This document shows, piece after piece, positions 25,003 to 32,000 of a DNA stretch of 32,000 bases. Every line of letters begins with the position of its first letter. Within the stretch, counting starts at the first letter, position 1. A model generated the notes under the pieces. The model did no database searches and had not been told where the DNA came from. It was given only the letters and a program-made list of their open reading frames with translations. The DNA is from Gemmata obscuriglobus (GTDB lineage: Bacteria; Planctomycetota; Planctomycetia; Gemmatales; Gemmataceae): the NCBI RefSeq assembly GCF_008065095.1, contig NZ_CP042911.1, positions 5,310,001 to 5,342,000 of the forward strand, given 5' to 3'. Both the position numbers and the translations under genes were made by a program.

Positions 25003-25881
25003 ATGACGCGTCGTAACGCGCCACGCGGATTTACACTTATCGAATTGCTGGTGGTGATTGCGATCATCGCCGTTCTTATCGGGCTCCTGCTCCCGGCCGT
25101 GCAGAAGGTGCGCGAGGCCGCGGCACGCATGAGTTGCACGAACAATCTCAAACAGATCGGTTTAGCGTTCCACAGCCACCACGGCGCTATCGGCCGGTTC
25201 CCGCACGCCGGGTCTGACGGGCCGGTCAAAACCTGTTGCGAATCGGACACCGGTAACCGGGTCGCTTGGTCGTGGATGTTCCATCTGCTCCCGTACATCG
25301 AGCAAGAGAACCTGTACCGGAACACGGACGACACGGTCGTCCAAAATACGGCAGTTAAAACCTATTACTGCCCGACCCGACGTCAGCCCATCGTGTACTC
25401 GGACGGCGCCCGCTGCGACTACGCGGGCAACGGCGGGCGTAACATGACGGAGGCCGGCAAAAGCGGGATGCTCGTGCGCCAGTGGGCCACGCTCCCCCAA
25501 CCGGCGGGAACCGAACCGAACCAGAAGCGGACCATGAGTGACGTGTCCGACGGGTTGTCGAACACGCTCCTGGTCGGCGAGAAACAGTGCCACCGCGCGC
25601 GCCTCGGCGCGGCCGGCGGCGACAACGAGACGTGGCACAACTCCGGTTGGGATCAGGACCACGAGCGGTTCGGTGAGGCCGTGCCGGAACCGGACGACAA
25701 GCACCCGTTCGCCTCCAGTCCGAACTATTGGTCGGTTCGGTTCGGCGGCTCACACTCCGGCGGTTTCACCGCGGCCATGGGGGACGGGTCCGTTCGCTTC
25801 ATTCGCTACGGGATCGACTCCAACAACTGGATGCGAGTCTGCCTGATTAACGACGGCGAAGTGATCAACGCCGACTTCTAG
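25003..25881 (+). CDS. prepilin-type N-terminal domain protein, DUF1559 / H-X9-DG family (paralog A)
   Basis: ATG at 25003 with TGAGG 7 nt upstream. The class III signal is PRG|[51 protein letters not shown]. The C-terminal SHSGGFTAAMGDGSVRFI fits H-X9-DG. Confidence 0.85.
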   Translation: MTRRNAPRGFTLIELLVVIAIIAVLIGLLLPAVQKVREAAARMSCTNNLKQIGLAFHSHHGAIGRFPHAGSDGPVKTCCESDTGNRVAWSWMFHLLPYIEQENLYRNTDDTVVQNTAVKTYYCPTRRQPIVYSDGARCDYAGNGGRNMTEAGKSGMLVRQWATLPQPAGTEPNQKRTMSDVSDGLSNTLLVGEKQCHRARLGAAGGDNETWHNSGWDQDHERFGEAVPEPDDKHPFASSPNYWSVRFGGSHSGGFTAAMGDGSVRFIRYGIDSNNWMRVCLINDGEVINADF

Positions 25882-25935
25882 TCGCCGGTCCCGCGCCCAA
25901 CCGGTCCTTCATCCTTTGCACGAGGCCTCCTTTCG

Positions 25936-26877
25936 ATGACTATCACGCGAGCGACACGCCGCGCGTTCACGCTGATCGAATTGCTGGTGGTGATCGCGAT
26001 TATTGCGGTCTTGATTGGGCTGCTGCTGCCCGCTGTCCAAAAGGTGCGCGAGGCCGCCGCGCGGACGAAGTGCCAGAACAACCTCAAACAGGTCGGCCTG
26101 GCGCTCAACAATTTCCACGCGACCTTCGGGGTGTTCCCGCCCGGGGCGGCCGCCTCGACCACGAGCGGCACGAGCCAGTCGCACCTGAAAAAGGCCGGGC
26201 TGACGGTGTTCAACGTGAACCACAGTTGGGCCGTGTTCGTCCTGCCGTACATCGAGCAGGACAACGTCCAGAAGCAGTACTCCATGACGGTGTCGTGGGA
26301 CCACGCGAACAACCGTACCGCGATCGCCAACCGCATCCCGGTGTTCATGTGCCCCACGGTGCCCAACGGCGACGCGCGGGTGTGCGAGCGCGTCAGCGGC
26401 GCCAAAAACCCGCCCGCCGATTACGCGCCGGACAACGGGTACGCCAAGGAACTGGCCGAAAACGACGGCGTTTGTGACGTGGTTCCCGATTATAGCGGCA
26501 TCCTCGTCGTCAACCGGGTCTACTCGGTTGCCGAAGTGCAAGACGGCGCGTCCAACACGTTCATCATCTCAGAAATTGCCGGGCGGCCCGACCGGTGGCA
26601 GGCGGGCAAGCTGACGGGCGCGAACGTGCAGACCGACGGCGGCTGGGCGGACCGTGAGAACGAGTACATCACGCACGGGATGAACGCGGCCGGCACCGGC
26701 GGCGGAACCTGTCACACCAACTGCTCGAACAACAACGAGGTGTACAGCTTCCACTTGGGCGGCGCGCACCACGTGATGGCGGACGGGTCGGTGCGCTTCG
26801 TCAAGCAGTCAATGGACATCCGGCAGTTCGTCAAGCACATTACCCGGGCCGGCGGTGAAACGCTGTCCGACAACTGA
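25936..26877 (+). CDS. prepilin-type N-terminal domain protein, DUF1559 / H-X9-DG family (paralog B)
   Basis: N-terminus MTITRATRRA|[51 protein letters not shown]. The C-terminal [17 protein letters not shown] fits H-X9-DG. It starts 54 bp after paralog A. Confidence 0.85.
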   Translation: MTITRATRRAFTLIELLVVIAIIAVLIGLLLPAVQKVREAAARTKCQNNLKQVGLALNNFHATFGVFPPGAAASTTSGTSQSHLKKAGLTVFNVNHSWAVFVLPYIEQDNVQKQYSMTVSWDHANNRTAIANRIPVFMCPTVPNGDARVCERVSGAKNPPADYAPDNGYAKELAENDGVCDVVPDYSGILVVNRVYSVAEVQDGASNTFIISEIAGRPDRWQAGKLTGANVQTDGGWADRENEYITHGMNAAGTGGGTCHTNCSNNNEVYSFHLGGAHHVMADGSVRFVKQSMDIRQFVKHITRAGGETLSDN

Positions 26878-26891
26878 TTTTGGGGGATCGT

Positions 26892-27374
26892 ATGAGACGC
26901 TCGCTCGGCCCCTTGCTGGTCGCCGCACTGGCAACGGGCTGCTCGGAGTCGGGTCCCCAGCCCAACGAACTGGCCCCGCACCCCGTTCACGGCAAAGTGG
27001 TGTACGACGGCAAACCCGCCGCGGGGGTGATCGTCACGCTCATCCCGTCCGACGCGCCGATGGTGCCGCACATACCGCGAAACCCGCAGTCCGTTACCAA
27101 CCCCGACGGCACGTTCGCACTGTCGACGTTCGCCGACGGCGACGGCGCACCCGAGGGCGGCTATCAGGTGATTTTCCGGTGGCCGGGCGAGAAAAACGCT
27201 AAAGCCGAAGGTGAGGCCCAGGAGGATACGGACCGGCTGATGGGTTGGTACGACGGGACCCACTCGACACTCACATGCCGCGTGAAGCCGGGCCGAAACG
27301 ACTTGCCCACATTCAACCTCCCGAAGGTGGACCGGCCTCCGCCGGTGTCACGGGGAATTCCGGGCCGGAACTGA
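26892..27374 (+). CDS. lipoprotein with carboxypeptidase-regulatory-like (Ig-like beta-sandwich) domain
   Basis: ATG at 26892, 14 nt after the paralog B stop. The lipobox is LVAALATG|C. HGKVVYDGKPAAGVIVTLIPSD...VTNPDGTFALSTFADGDGAPEGGYQVIF follows the CarboxypepD_reg pattern (G-x-V ... G-x-P-x-x-G-x-x-V ... T-x-x-DG-x-F ... G-x-Y). Confidence 0.7.
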   Translation: MRRSLGPLLVAALATGCSESGPQPNELAPHPVHGKVVYDGKPAAGVIVTLIPSDAPMVPHIPRNPQSVTNPDGTFALSTFADGDGAPEGGYQVIFRWPGEKNAKAEGEAQEDTDRLMGWYDGTHSTLTCRVKPGRNDLPTFNLPKVDRPPPVSRGIPGRN

Positions 27375-27388
27375 CGGGCTGAAACGAA

Positions 27389-27431
27389 GCGACCGCACCG
27401 GACGAGATTCGTCCGGTGCGGTCGCATTTTA
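27389..27431 (+). terminator. canonical rho-independent terminator
   Basis: GCGACCGCACCGGACGA (27389-27405) is the exact reverse complement of TCGTCCGGTGCGGTCGC (27409-27425). The stem is 17 bp and the loop is GAT. It is followed by ATTTTA and lies 15 nt after the lipoprotein stop. Confidence 0.8.
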
Positions 27432-27608
27432 TCAGGGGTTTTGCGCGTTCGTGATCGTTTCGTGAACCGGCCGTGATGACAATGCGAGGGTTGTCTGAAT
27501 TAACATCTATCGGGCTGGCGGATTTCTGTGGCTCGGGCAGAATCTTAATCGGACGACTCGCACCCCGTCCGCTTTGTACCCGTCGCCCGTTCACGGAGAT
27601 CCACATTC

Positions 27609-28715
27609 ATGGCCCCCCGGCGCCGCATCGTTTCGCGTTCCGGATTCACCCTGATTGAACTGTTGGTGGTGATCGCGATCATCGCGATTCTCATCGGGCT
27701 CCTGCTGCCGGCCGTCCAAAAGGTTCGCGAGGCCGCCGCACGCATGCAGTGCAGCAACAACCTCAAGCAGATCGGGCTGGCGTTCCACAACCACGAGTCG
27801 AGCTTCGGCTACTTCCCCCAAGGGGGCATGGACGGCGACCCCGCTGCCGTCAGCACGGGCGGCACCCCGAACCCGGCCGGGTACAACTACGACGAAACCC
27901 CGCCGGCCTACGAGACGACGACCTGCTGCCGCGCGGCCACCCGGAACGGCTGGAACCACTGGTACCGCATTCTGCCCTACATCGAGCAGGGCAACGTGCA
28001 CAACCTCGGGCGCGACGACCCGCCGTACTGGCCCAACGTGGCCAACAACGGCGGCGAGGACGACGTGGCCCGGCAGCTCATCAAGATCTACTACTGCCCG
28101 ACCCGCCGCGCCCCGACCGGGTACGGCGGGACCCCCACCGGGCGGTGCGACTACGCCGGGAACGCCGGCATCTTTACCGGCGAGGTTCACGAAGGGACGG
28201 GCGACACCCCCGCGGCACCGCTCGGCTTCACCGTGAACGGCGAGCGGGCGAACGAACGCACCCAGTGGAACTTCGGTGATTACCCCGGCCGTAAGGGGTT
28301 CATCGTGTGGCCCGGGCGCGGGGCCAAGCGGACCGTTGGGGGCATTACCGACGGCACCTCGAACACCATCGCCGCGGCCGAGAAGTGCCTCCCCCCGAGC
28401 CGCCACGGCGCCGACGGCGGCGACAACGAGCGGTGGAACAACAGCGGCTGGGACGAGGACAACATCCGCTACCACTTCCCCCCGATGGCCGACACGGACC
28501 CGCGGGTGCTGTACACCGGTGGCCCCGCCCCGGGCGGCGGCACCATTACGGCCAACGTGTGGCGCCGGTACTTCGGGTCCTCGCACACGGGCGGGCTGAA
28601 CGCGGTGTTCGCCGACGGCTCCGTGCGGTTCGTGCGGTTCGGCGTCAGTGCGACGTCGTTCATGGCCGCGTGCGGCGCGGACGACGGCGCGGTGTTTAAC
28701 GGCGGCGACCTGTAA
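27609..28715 (+). CDS. prepilin-type N-terminal domain protein, DUF1559 / H-X9-DG family (paralog C)
   Basis: N-terminus [12 protein letters not shown]|[50 protein letters not shown]. The C-terminal [18 protein letters not shown] fits H-X9-DG. Confidence 0.85.
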   Translation: MAPRRRIVSRSGFTLIELLVVIAIIAILIGLLLPAVQKVREAAARMQCSNNLKQIGLAFHNHESSFGYFPQGGMDGDPAAVSTGGTPNPAGYNYDETPPAYETTTCCRAATRNGWNHWYRILPYIEQGNVHNLGRDDPPYWPNVANNGGEDDVARQLIKIYYCPTRRAPTGYGGTPTGRCDYAGNAGIFTGEVHEGTGDTPAAPLGFTVNGERANERTQWNFGDYPGRKGFIVWPGRGAKRTVGGITDGTSNTIAAAEKCLPPSRHGADGGDNERWNNSGWDEDNIRYHFPPMADTDPRVLYTGGPAPGGGTITANVWRRYFGSSHTGGLNAVFADGSVRFVRFGVSATSFMAACGADDGAVFNGGDL

Positions 28716-28730
28716 CGGGAGGGCACTCAC

Positions 28731-28913
28731 ATGGATCGGATCGCTAAACTGTTCGCCCCGGTGATCTGCGTGGCGGCGTTGGTGGGGTGCGGCTCCAAGA
28801 CGCCGCTCAACACCGCCCCGCTCACGGACGCGGAGAAGGCCGCGATCAAGGCGCAAGACCAGCAGGTCGATGCGGAAGAGAACGCGGCCAACACGAAGAA
28901 AAAGAAAAGGTGA
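28731..28913 (+). CDS. small lipoprotein (60 aa) with Lys-rich tail
   Basis: ATG at 28731 preceded by GGGAGGG, 15 nt after the paralog C stop. The lipobox is AALVG|C. The tail is NTKKKKR. The ORF is short, so the coding call rests on the SD, the lipobox and the terminator placement. Confidence 0.55.
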   Translation: MDRIAKLFAPVICVAALVGCGSKTPLNTAPLTDAEKAAIKAQDQQVDAEENAANTKKKKR

Positions 28914-28932
28914 CCGATTCCGGTTCGCGCCG

Positions 28933-28975
28933 GCCGTGGGGCGCCAGCACCTCTGCTGGCGCCCCACGGCGTTTT
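28933..28975 (+). terminator. canonical rho-independent terminator
   Basis: GCCGTGGGGCGCCAGCA (28933-28949) is the exact reverse complement of TGCTGGCGCCCCACGGC (28954-28970). The loop is CCTC, followed by GTTTT. Confidence 0.8.
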
Positions 28976-29010
28976 GAACTCAAGCGTTTGCTCACCCGAG
29001 GTGCGAATTC

Positions 29011-29625
29011 ATGCGCGCGTTGTTCGTTGTCATCTGCTCGGGCGGCCTGACCGCCCTCATCGGGTGCGGCAAGCCGGCGCCGCCGGCCGCCGCGGTTGTA
29101 CCCGACGCCGAGCCCCCACCAATCCCCGGCGGGCAGACGTTCGAGAGCCCCGTTTACAAGCTGTGGGCCAAGTTCCCGGTCGGCTCCCGGGTGGTGCAGA
29201 GGACGACCACCGAGAACGAGGACAACAAGACCGAGAAGACGGTCACCACGATCTCCTACACCCTGAAGCAGAAGACCGATGAGTTCATTGTGGTCGAGTC
29301 GCAGGCCACAACGACCCACTATACCGGGCGGGTGGAGACGAATCCTGCGTCGGAAACCAAAACGCGAAAGATGTTCTCACTGCCGCCGGGGGTGAAGCAG
29401 CCCGAACCAAAGAAGGCGGAAGAGGGCGCGGAGAACCTGACCGTTGCCGGAAAATCCTACAAGGCGACGTGGACCCGGGAGAAGGGGTTCACCGAGGCCG
29501 GCGACTCGTTCACGCAAACGTGGTCGTCGGACGAGGTTCCGGGCGGGTTGCTCAGGTCGGTGAGCAAGGTGCCGTCGAAGAAAGCAACGATCACCGTGGA
29601 GGTGACCGAAATCGCGATTCCGTAA
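29011..29625 (+). CDS. lipoprotein, beta-rich, unknown function
   Basis: ATG at 29011 with GAGGTG 8 nt upstream. The lipobox is LTALIG|C. A Pro-rich linker is followed by a Thr/Lys/Glu-rich, strand-like sequence. I recognise no family. Confidence 0.65.
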   Translation: MRALFVVICSGGLTALIGCGKPAPPAAAVVPDAEPPPIPGGQTFESPVYKLWAKFPVGSRVVQRTTTENEDNKTEKTVTTISYTLKQKTDEFIVVESQATTTHYTGRVETNPASETKTRKMFSLPPGVKQPEPKKAEEGAENLTVAGKSYKATWTREKGFTEAGDSFTQTWSSDEVPGGLLRSVSKVPSKKATITVEVTEIAIP

Positions 29626-29636
29626 CGGATCACGCG

Positions 29637-29666
29637 GTGGGGCGCGGGACATTCTCGCGCCCCACC
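29637..29666. terminator. hairpin between the convergent lipoprotein gene and rtcB
   Basis: GGTGGGGCGCG (29637-29647) pairs perfectly with CGCGCCCCACC (29656-29666). It sits in the 45-bp gap between two convergent stop codons. Confidence 0.55.
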
Positions 29667-29670
29667 GTGC

Positions 29671-31134
29671 TCAGCCTTTGATGACGCCCAGCGGGCGCAT
29701 CCGGGCGACCCGGCGCGACAGGTCGGCCTCGTGGACCGCTTCGACCACGTCGTCCACGTTCTTGTAGGCCTTGGGCTGCTCCTCCGCGAGCCCGTTGCGG
29801 CTCGACGCCATGGCGATCACCCCCTTATGTTCCAGCTCGCGCTCGATCTTGCGCCCGACGCCGTCCTTGAGCGCCGCGGTGCGGCTCATCGCGCGGCCCG
29901 CGCCGTGGCAGGTGGTGCCGAAGGTCTTCTCCATCGCCCCCTGCGACCCCACCAGCACCCACGAGGCGCGCCCCATATCGCCCGGGATGATGACCGGCTG
30001 CCCCACAGCGCGGAACGCCTCCGGCACCTCGGGGTGCCCGGCCGGGAACGCCCGCGTCGCGCCTTTGCGGTGGACCCACACCTTCTTCTTCTTCCCCTCG
30101 ACGGTGTGCTCCTCGAACTTGGCGATGTTGTGAGCCACGTCGTAAAGCTGCTCCATCCCGAGGTCGTCCCACGAGCGGCCGAACACCTGCGCGAACACCT
30201 CGCGGGCCTGGTGCATCAGCAGTTGGCGGTTGCAGAACCCGTAGTTGGCGGCGGCGCGCATCTGCGCGATGTACTTGCGGCCCTCGGGGGAATCGGCCGG
30301 GGCGCACGCGAGCTGCCGGTCCGGCAGCTCGAACCCGTACTTCTGCGGGCAGTTGCGGAATGTCGCGAGGGCGTCATCACAGACCTGGTAGCCCAGACCG
30401 CGGCTCCCGGAGTGGATCATCACGCAGATCTGGTTCAACTCGAGCCCGAACGCTTTCGCGACCTCGGCATCGAACACGCTATCGACCACTTGCACTTCGA
30501 GGAAGTGGTTGCCACTACCCAACGTGCCGCACTGCTCGGCGCCGCGCTTCACCGCGTGGTCGCTGACCTGGTGCGGGTCGCCGCCGTCGATCAGCCCGTT
30601 CGCCTCGGTATGATCGAGGTCGCGCGCCACGCCCAGCCCACGTGCGATGACGAACTTCGGCCCCTCGCCCATCAGGCGCCGCGTCTCGGTGGTGTCGAAC
30701 TTGTACTTCCCGGTGCGCCCCGCGCCGGACGGGATGGTGTAGAACAGCGCCTTCACCAGCTCCTTGATGTGGTGCTTCACGTCGTCCAGGAACAGGTTCG
30801 TCTTTACTAATCTGACGCCGCAGTTAATGTCGTATCCGACCCCGCCGGGGGAGATCACGCCGCCCTCGTCGGGGTCGGTGGCGCAGACGCCGCCGATGCA
30901 GAACCCGTACCCCCAGTGGATGTCCGGCATCGCGATGCTCGCGACCTGGATGCCGGGCAGGGTGGCGACGTTCGCGACCTGGTCCGCCGCCTGGTCCTTG
31001 CGGATGGATTCGAGCAGCTTGTCGGTCGCGTAGATGTGCCCGGGCACGCGCATCCCGGGCTTGTAGCTCTTCGGGATGCGGTGACAGCAGCACCCGATGT
31101 TCTCGAGCGGCCCGGTGTAACCTTCCTTCGCCAT
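29671..31134 (-). CDS. rtcB: RNA-splicing ligase RtcB
   Basis: 487 aa. Motifs at the positions of the RtcB metal, GMP and His ligands are PDIHWGYGFCIGGV, GYDINCGVRL, GSGNHFLEVQ, MIHSGSRGLGYQV, HNIAKFEEH and VHRKGATRAF. Confidence 0.92.
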   Translation of the reverse strand: MAKEGYTGPLENIGCCCHRIPKSYKPGMRVPGHIYATDKLLESIRKDQAADQVANVATLPGIQVASIAMPDIHWGYGFCIGGVCATDPDEGGVISPGGVGYDINCGVRLVKTNLFLDDVKHHIKELVKALFYTIPSGAGRTGKYKFDTTETRRLMGEGPKFVIARGLGVARDLDHTEANGLIDGGDPHQVSDHAVKRGAEQCGTLGSGNHFLEVQVVDSVFDAEVAKAFGLELNQICVMIHSGSRGLGYQVCDDALATFRNCPQKYGFELPDRQLACAPADSPEGRKYIAQMRAAANYGFCNRQLLMHQAREVFAQVFGRSWDDLGMEQLYDVAHNIAKFEEHTVEGKKKKVWVHRKGATRAFPAGHPEVPEAFRAVGQPVIIPGDMGRASWVLVGSQGAMEKTFGTTCHGAGRAMSRTAALKDGVGRKIERELEHKGVIAMASSRNGLAEEQPKAYKNVDDVVEAVHEADLSRRVARMRPLGVIKG

Positions 31135-31181
31135 AAACAGTTCTCAGTAAACGGTGATCGGCGTCCCGCGGGGCGTTCGCC

Positions 31182-31592
31182 TCAAATATCGACGATGACT
31201 TCCGCGAGCCACCCGCCGTCGTGTTCGGCGACCTTCAGTTCGTGGTACGTGATGGCTTTCACTTCGTGCGCCAGCGTGTGGCGCTCCGGGTTGTACGGTT
31301 CGCCCGTTGCGGTCGCGGTGAGGCCGTCCGCGGTGACGATCACGTCGAAGGCCGCGAACAGCATGTGATCTGTCTCGAACCGCAGGAGCAACTCTTTGAG
31401 CCAGTCGAACAGCAGGAACTCGCGGTCCGATCCCGTGAGTTCGAGTTGCACGTTTTGCGCCGGTCGAACGCCGTCGGGCTCTTCCACCATTGCGGAGAGC
31501 AGGCACTTCGCCATCTCCGCGAAGAGAAGCGGTAGGGTGGGGGCGGTGGCCCTCAACCCGAGATCGGCGGTGTGTTCGAACAGCTCGTGCAT
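31182..31592 (-). CDS. archease
   Basis: Track ORF 31182..31667(-). The likely start is the ATG at 31592 (MHELFEHTADLGLRA). The C-terminal HEVKAITYHELKV...WLAEVIVDI also fits. Both the FEHTAD and KAxTYH motifs are archease signatures. It ends 47 nt upstream of rtcB. Confidence 0.85.
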   Translation of the reverse strand: MHELFEHTADLGLRATAPTLPLLFAEMAKCLLSAMVEEPDGVRPAQNVQLELTGSDREFLLFDWLKELLLRFETDHMLFAAFDVIVTADGLTATATGEPYNPERHTLAHEVKAITYHELKVAEHDGGWLAEVIVDI

Positions 31593-31632
31593 CGGTGGTT
31601 TCACAGACACGGAGGGCAGGGCCGGGGTTCGC

Positions 31633-32000
31633 TCAGACGGGTTCTCTGTTGAGGTCGAGAACCACATCCGGTCCGTTCGGTGTCGGACGCATTGTTACAC
31701 GAACACGTAATGGACGGTTGTCGACGCGGATTGGGAACTCGCCGATCATTGGGATTTGGGCGATCGTGTCCCCGAATACCCAATCGGTTGAGATGTGGGC
31801 TGCTTGGGCGAGGCGAGTAAACGCCGAACCGCGGTACCGCGACGGGATCACACCGCCTTCGACCCATCCGCCATCCAACCGGAACCAGATGACGCCCTGT
31901 TGACCCTCGCGCGTGAGGTGGATTCGGTCGGCGCATAAGTATGCCGCTTCTCGAAGGATGCGGTTTACGCACCACGTCGCACAGGTTGCCGAGTCCTCGC
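31633..32000 (-). CDS. hypothetical protein resembling the N-terminal (N2) domain of GspE/PilB secretion ATPases but lacking the ATPase domain (partial; 5' end beyond window)
   Basis: My translation shows that this frame stays open from 32000 down to the stop at 31633. It reads ...WCVNRILREAAYLCADRIHLTREGQQGVIWFRLDGGWVEGGVIPSRYRGSAFTRLAQAAHIS...GEFPIRVDNRPLRVRVTMRPTPNGPDVVLDLNREPV*. The pattern parallels LVN-x-IL-x-A-x-x-x-ASDIHxEP ... vRfRiDG ... RiK-x-x-A ... G-x-x ... lRVs-x-x-Pt-x-x-GE-x-vVlRl. The call rests on remembered family patterns only. Confidence 0.45.
   Translation of the reverse strand, partial: EDSATCATWCVNRILREAAYLCADRIHLTREGQQGVIWFRLDGGWVEGGVIPSRYRGSAFTRLAQAAHISTDWVFGDTIAQIPMIGEFPIRVDNRPLRVRVTMRPTPNGPDVVLDLNREPV

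Noticed and set aside
25030-27790. Nucleotide similarity of the 5' approximately 100-150 nt of the three DUF1559 paralogs, as possible evidence for recent duplication or gene conversion
   Set aside because: In a hand comparison of A against C across 34 codons, about 85 percent of positions match, almost all differences are at synonymous third positions, and identical runs stay under about 15 nt. This fits old paralogs under protein-level constraint rather than recent conversion.

Overview
The window is high-GC (about two-thirds G+C by eye) bacterial chromosomal DNA. Its gene content looks typical of Planctomycetota, probably Gemmata-like. The taxonomic signals are four prepilin-type DUF1559 / H-X9-DG genes and an ECF sigma factor fused to a membrane segment and a WD40-type propeller. 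Many off-frame ORFs in the track are Arg/Gly/Pro-rich GC artefacts.

Housekeeping genes I can support:
- dapB (partial, not in the ORF track)
- thrC
- class II ribonucleotide reductase nrdJ next to dcd
- RNase Y (rny)
- an archease-rtcB RNA-ligase pair

Accessory content:
- an intact ISL3-like insertion sequence with terminal inverted repeats and a target-site duplication, sitting in a cluster of palindromic repeats between convergent genes
- a frameshifted, truncated ISAs1-family transposase remnant
- a stand-alone EVE-domain protein
- an orphan RND pump
- two secreted alpha/beta-hydrolases
- an FHA protein
- a proline-rich repeat protein

The regions most worth a second look:
1. 24.9-29.7 kb holds three pseudopilin-like H-X9-DG genes, two of them immediately followed by a small lipoprotein gene, with a third lipoprotein gene closing the array. 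Perfect-stem terminators punctuate it.
2. Two gaps carry very large perfect hairpins or MITE-like repeats. One is the 0.7 kb gap at 9.35-10.06 kb. The other is 10.8-11.1 kb, just upstream of the ECF gene.
3. The sigma-TM-propeller fusion has a Shine-Dalgarno-preceded internal start at its domain junction.
4. A truncated GspE/PilB N-domain-only ORF lies just upstream of archease-rtcB.

I saw no rRNA, tRNA or CRISPR array. All calls come from reading the sequence and from remembered family motifs. No searches were run, and hand-counted coordinates may be off by a few bases.
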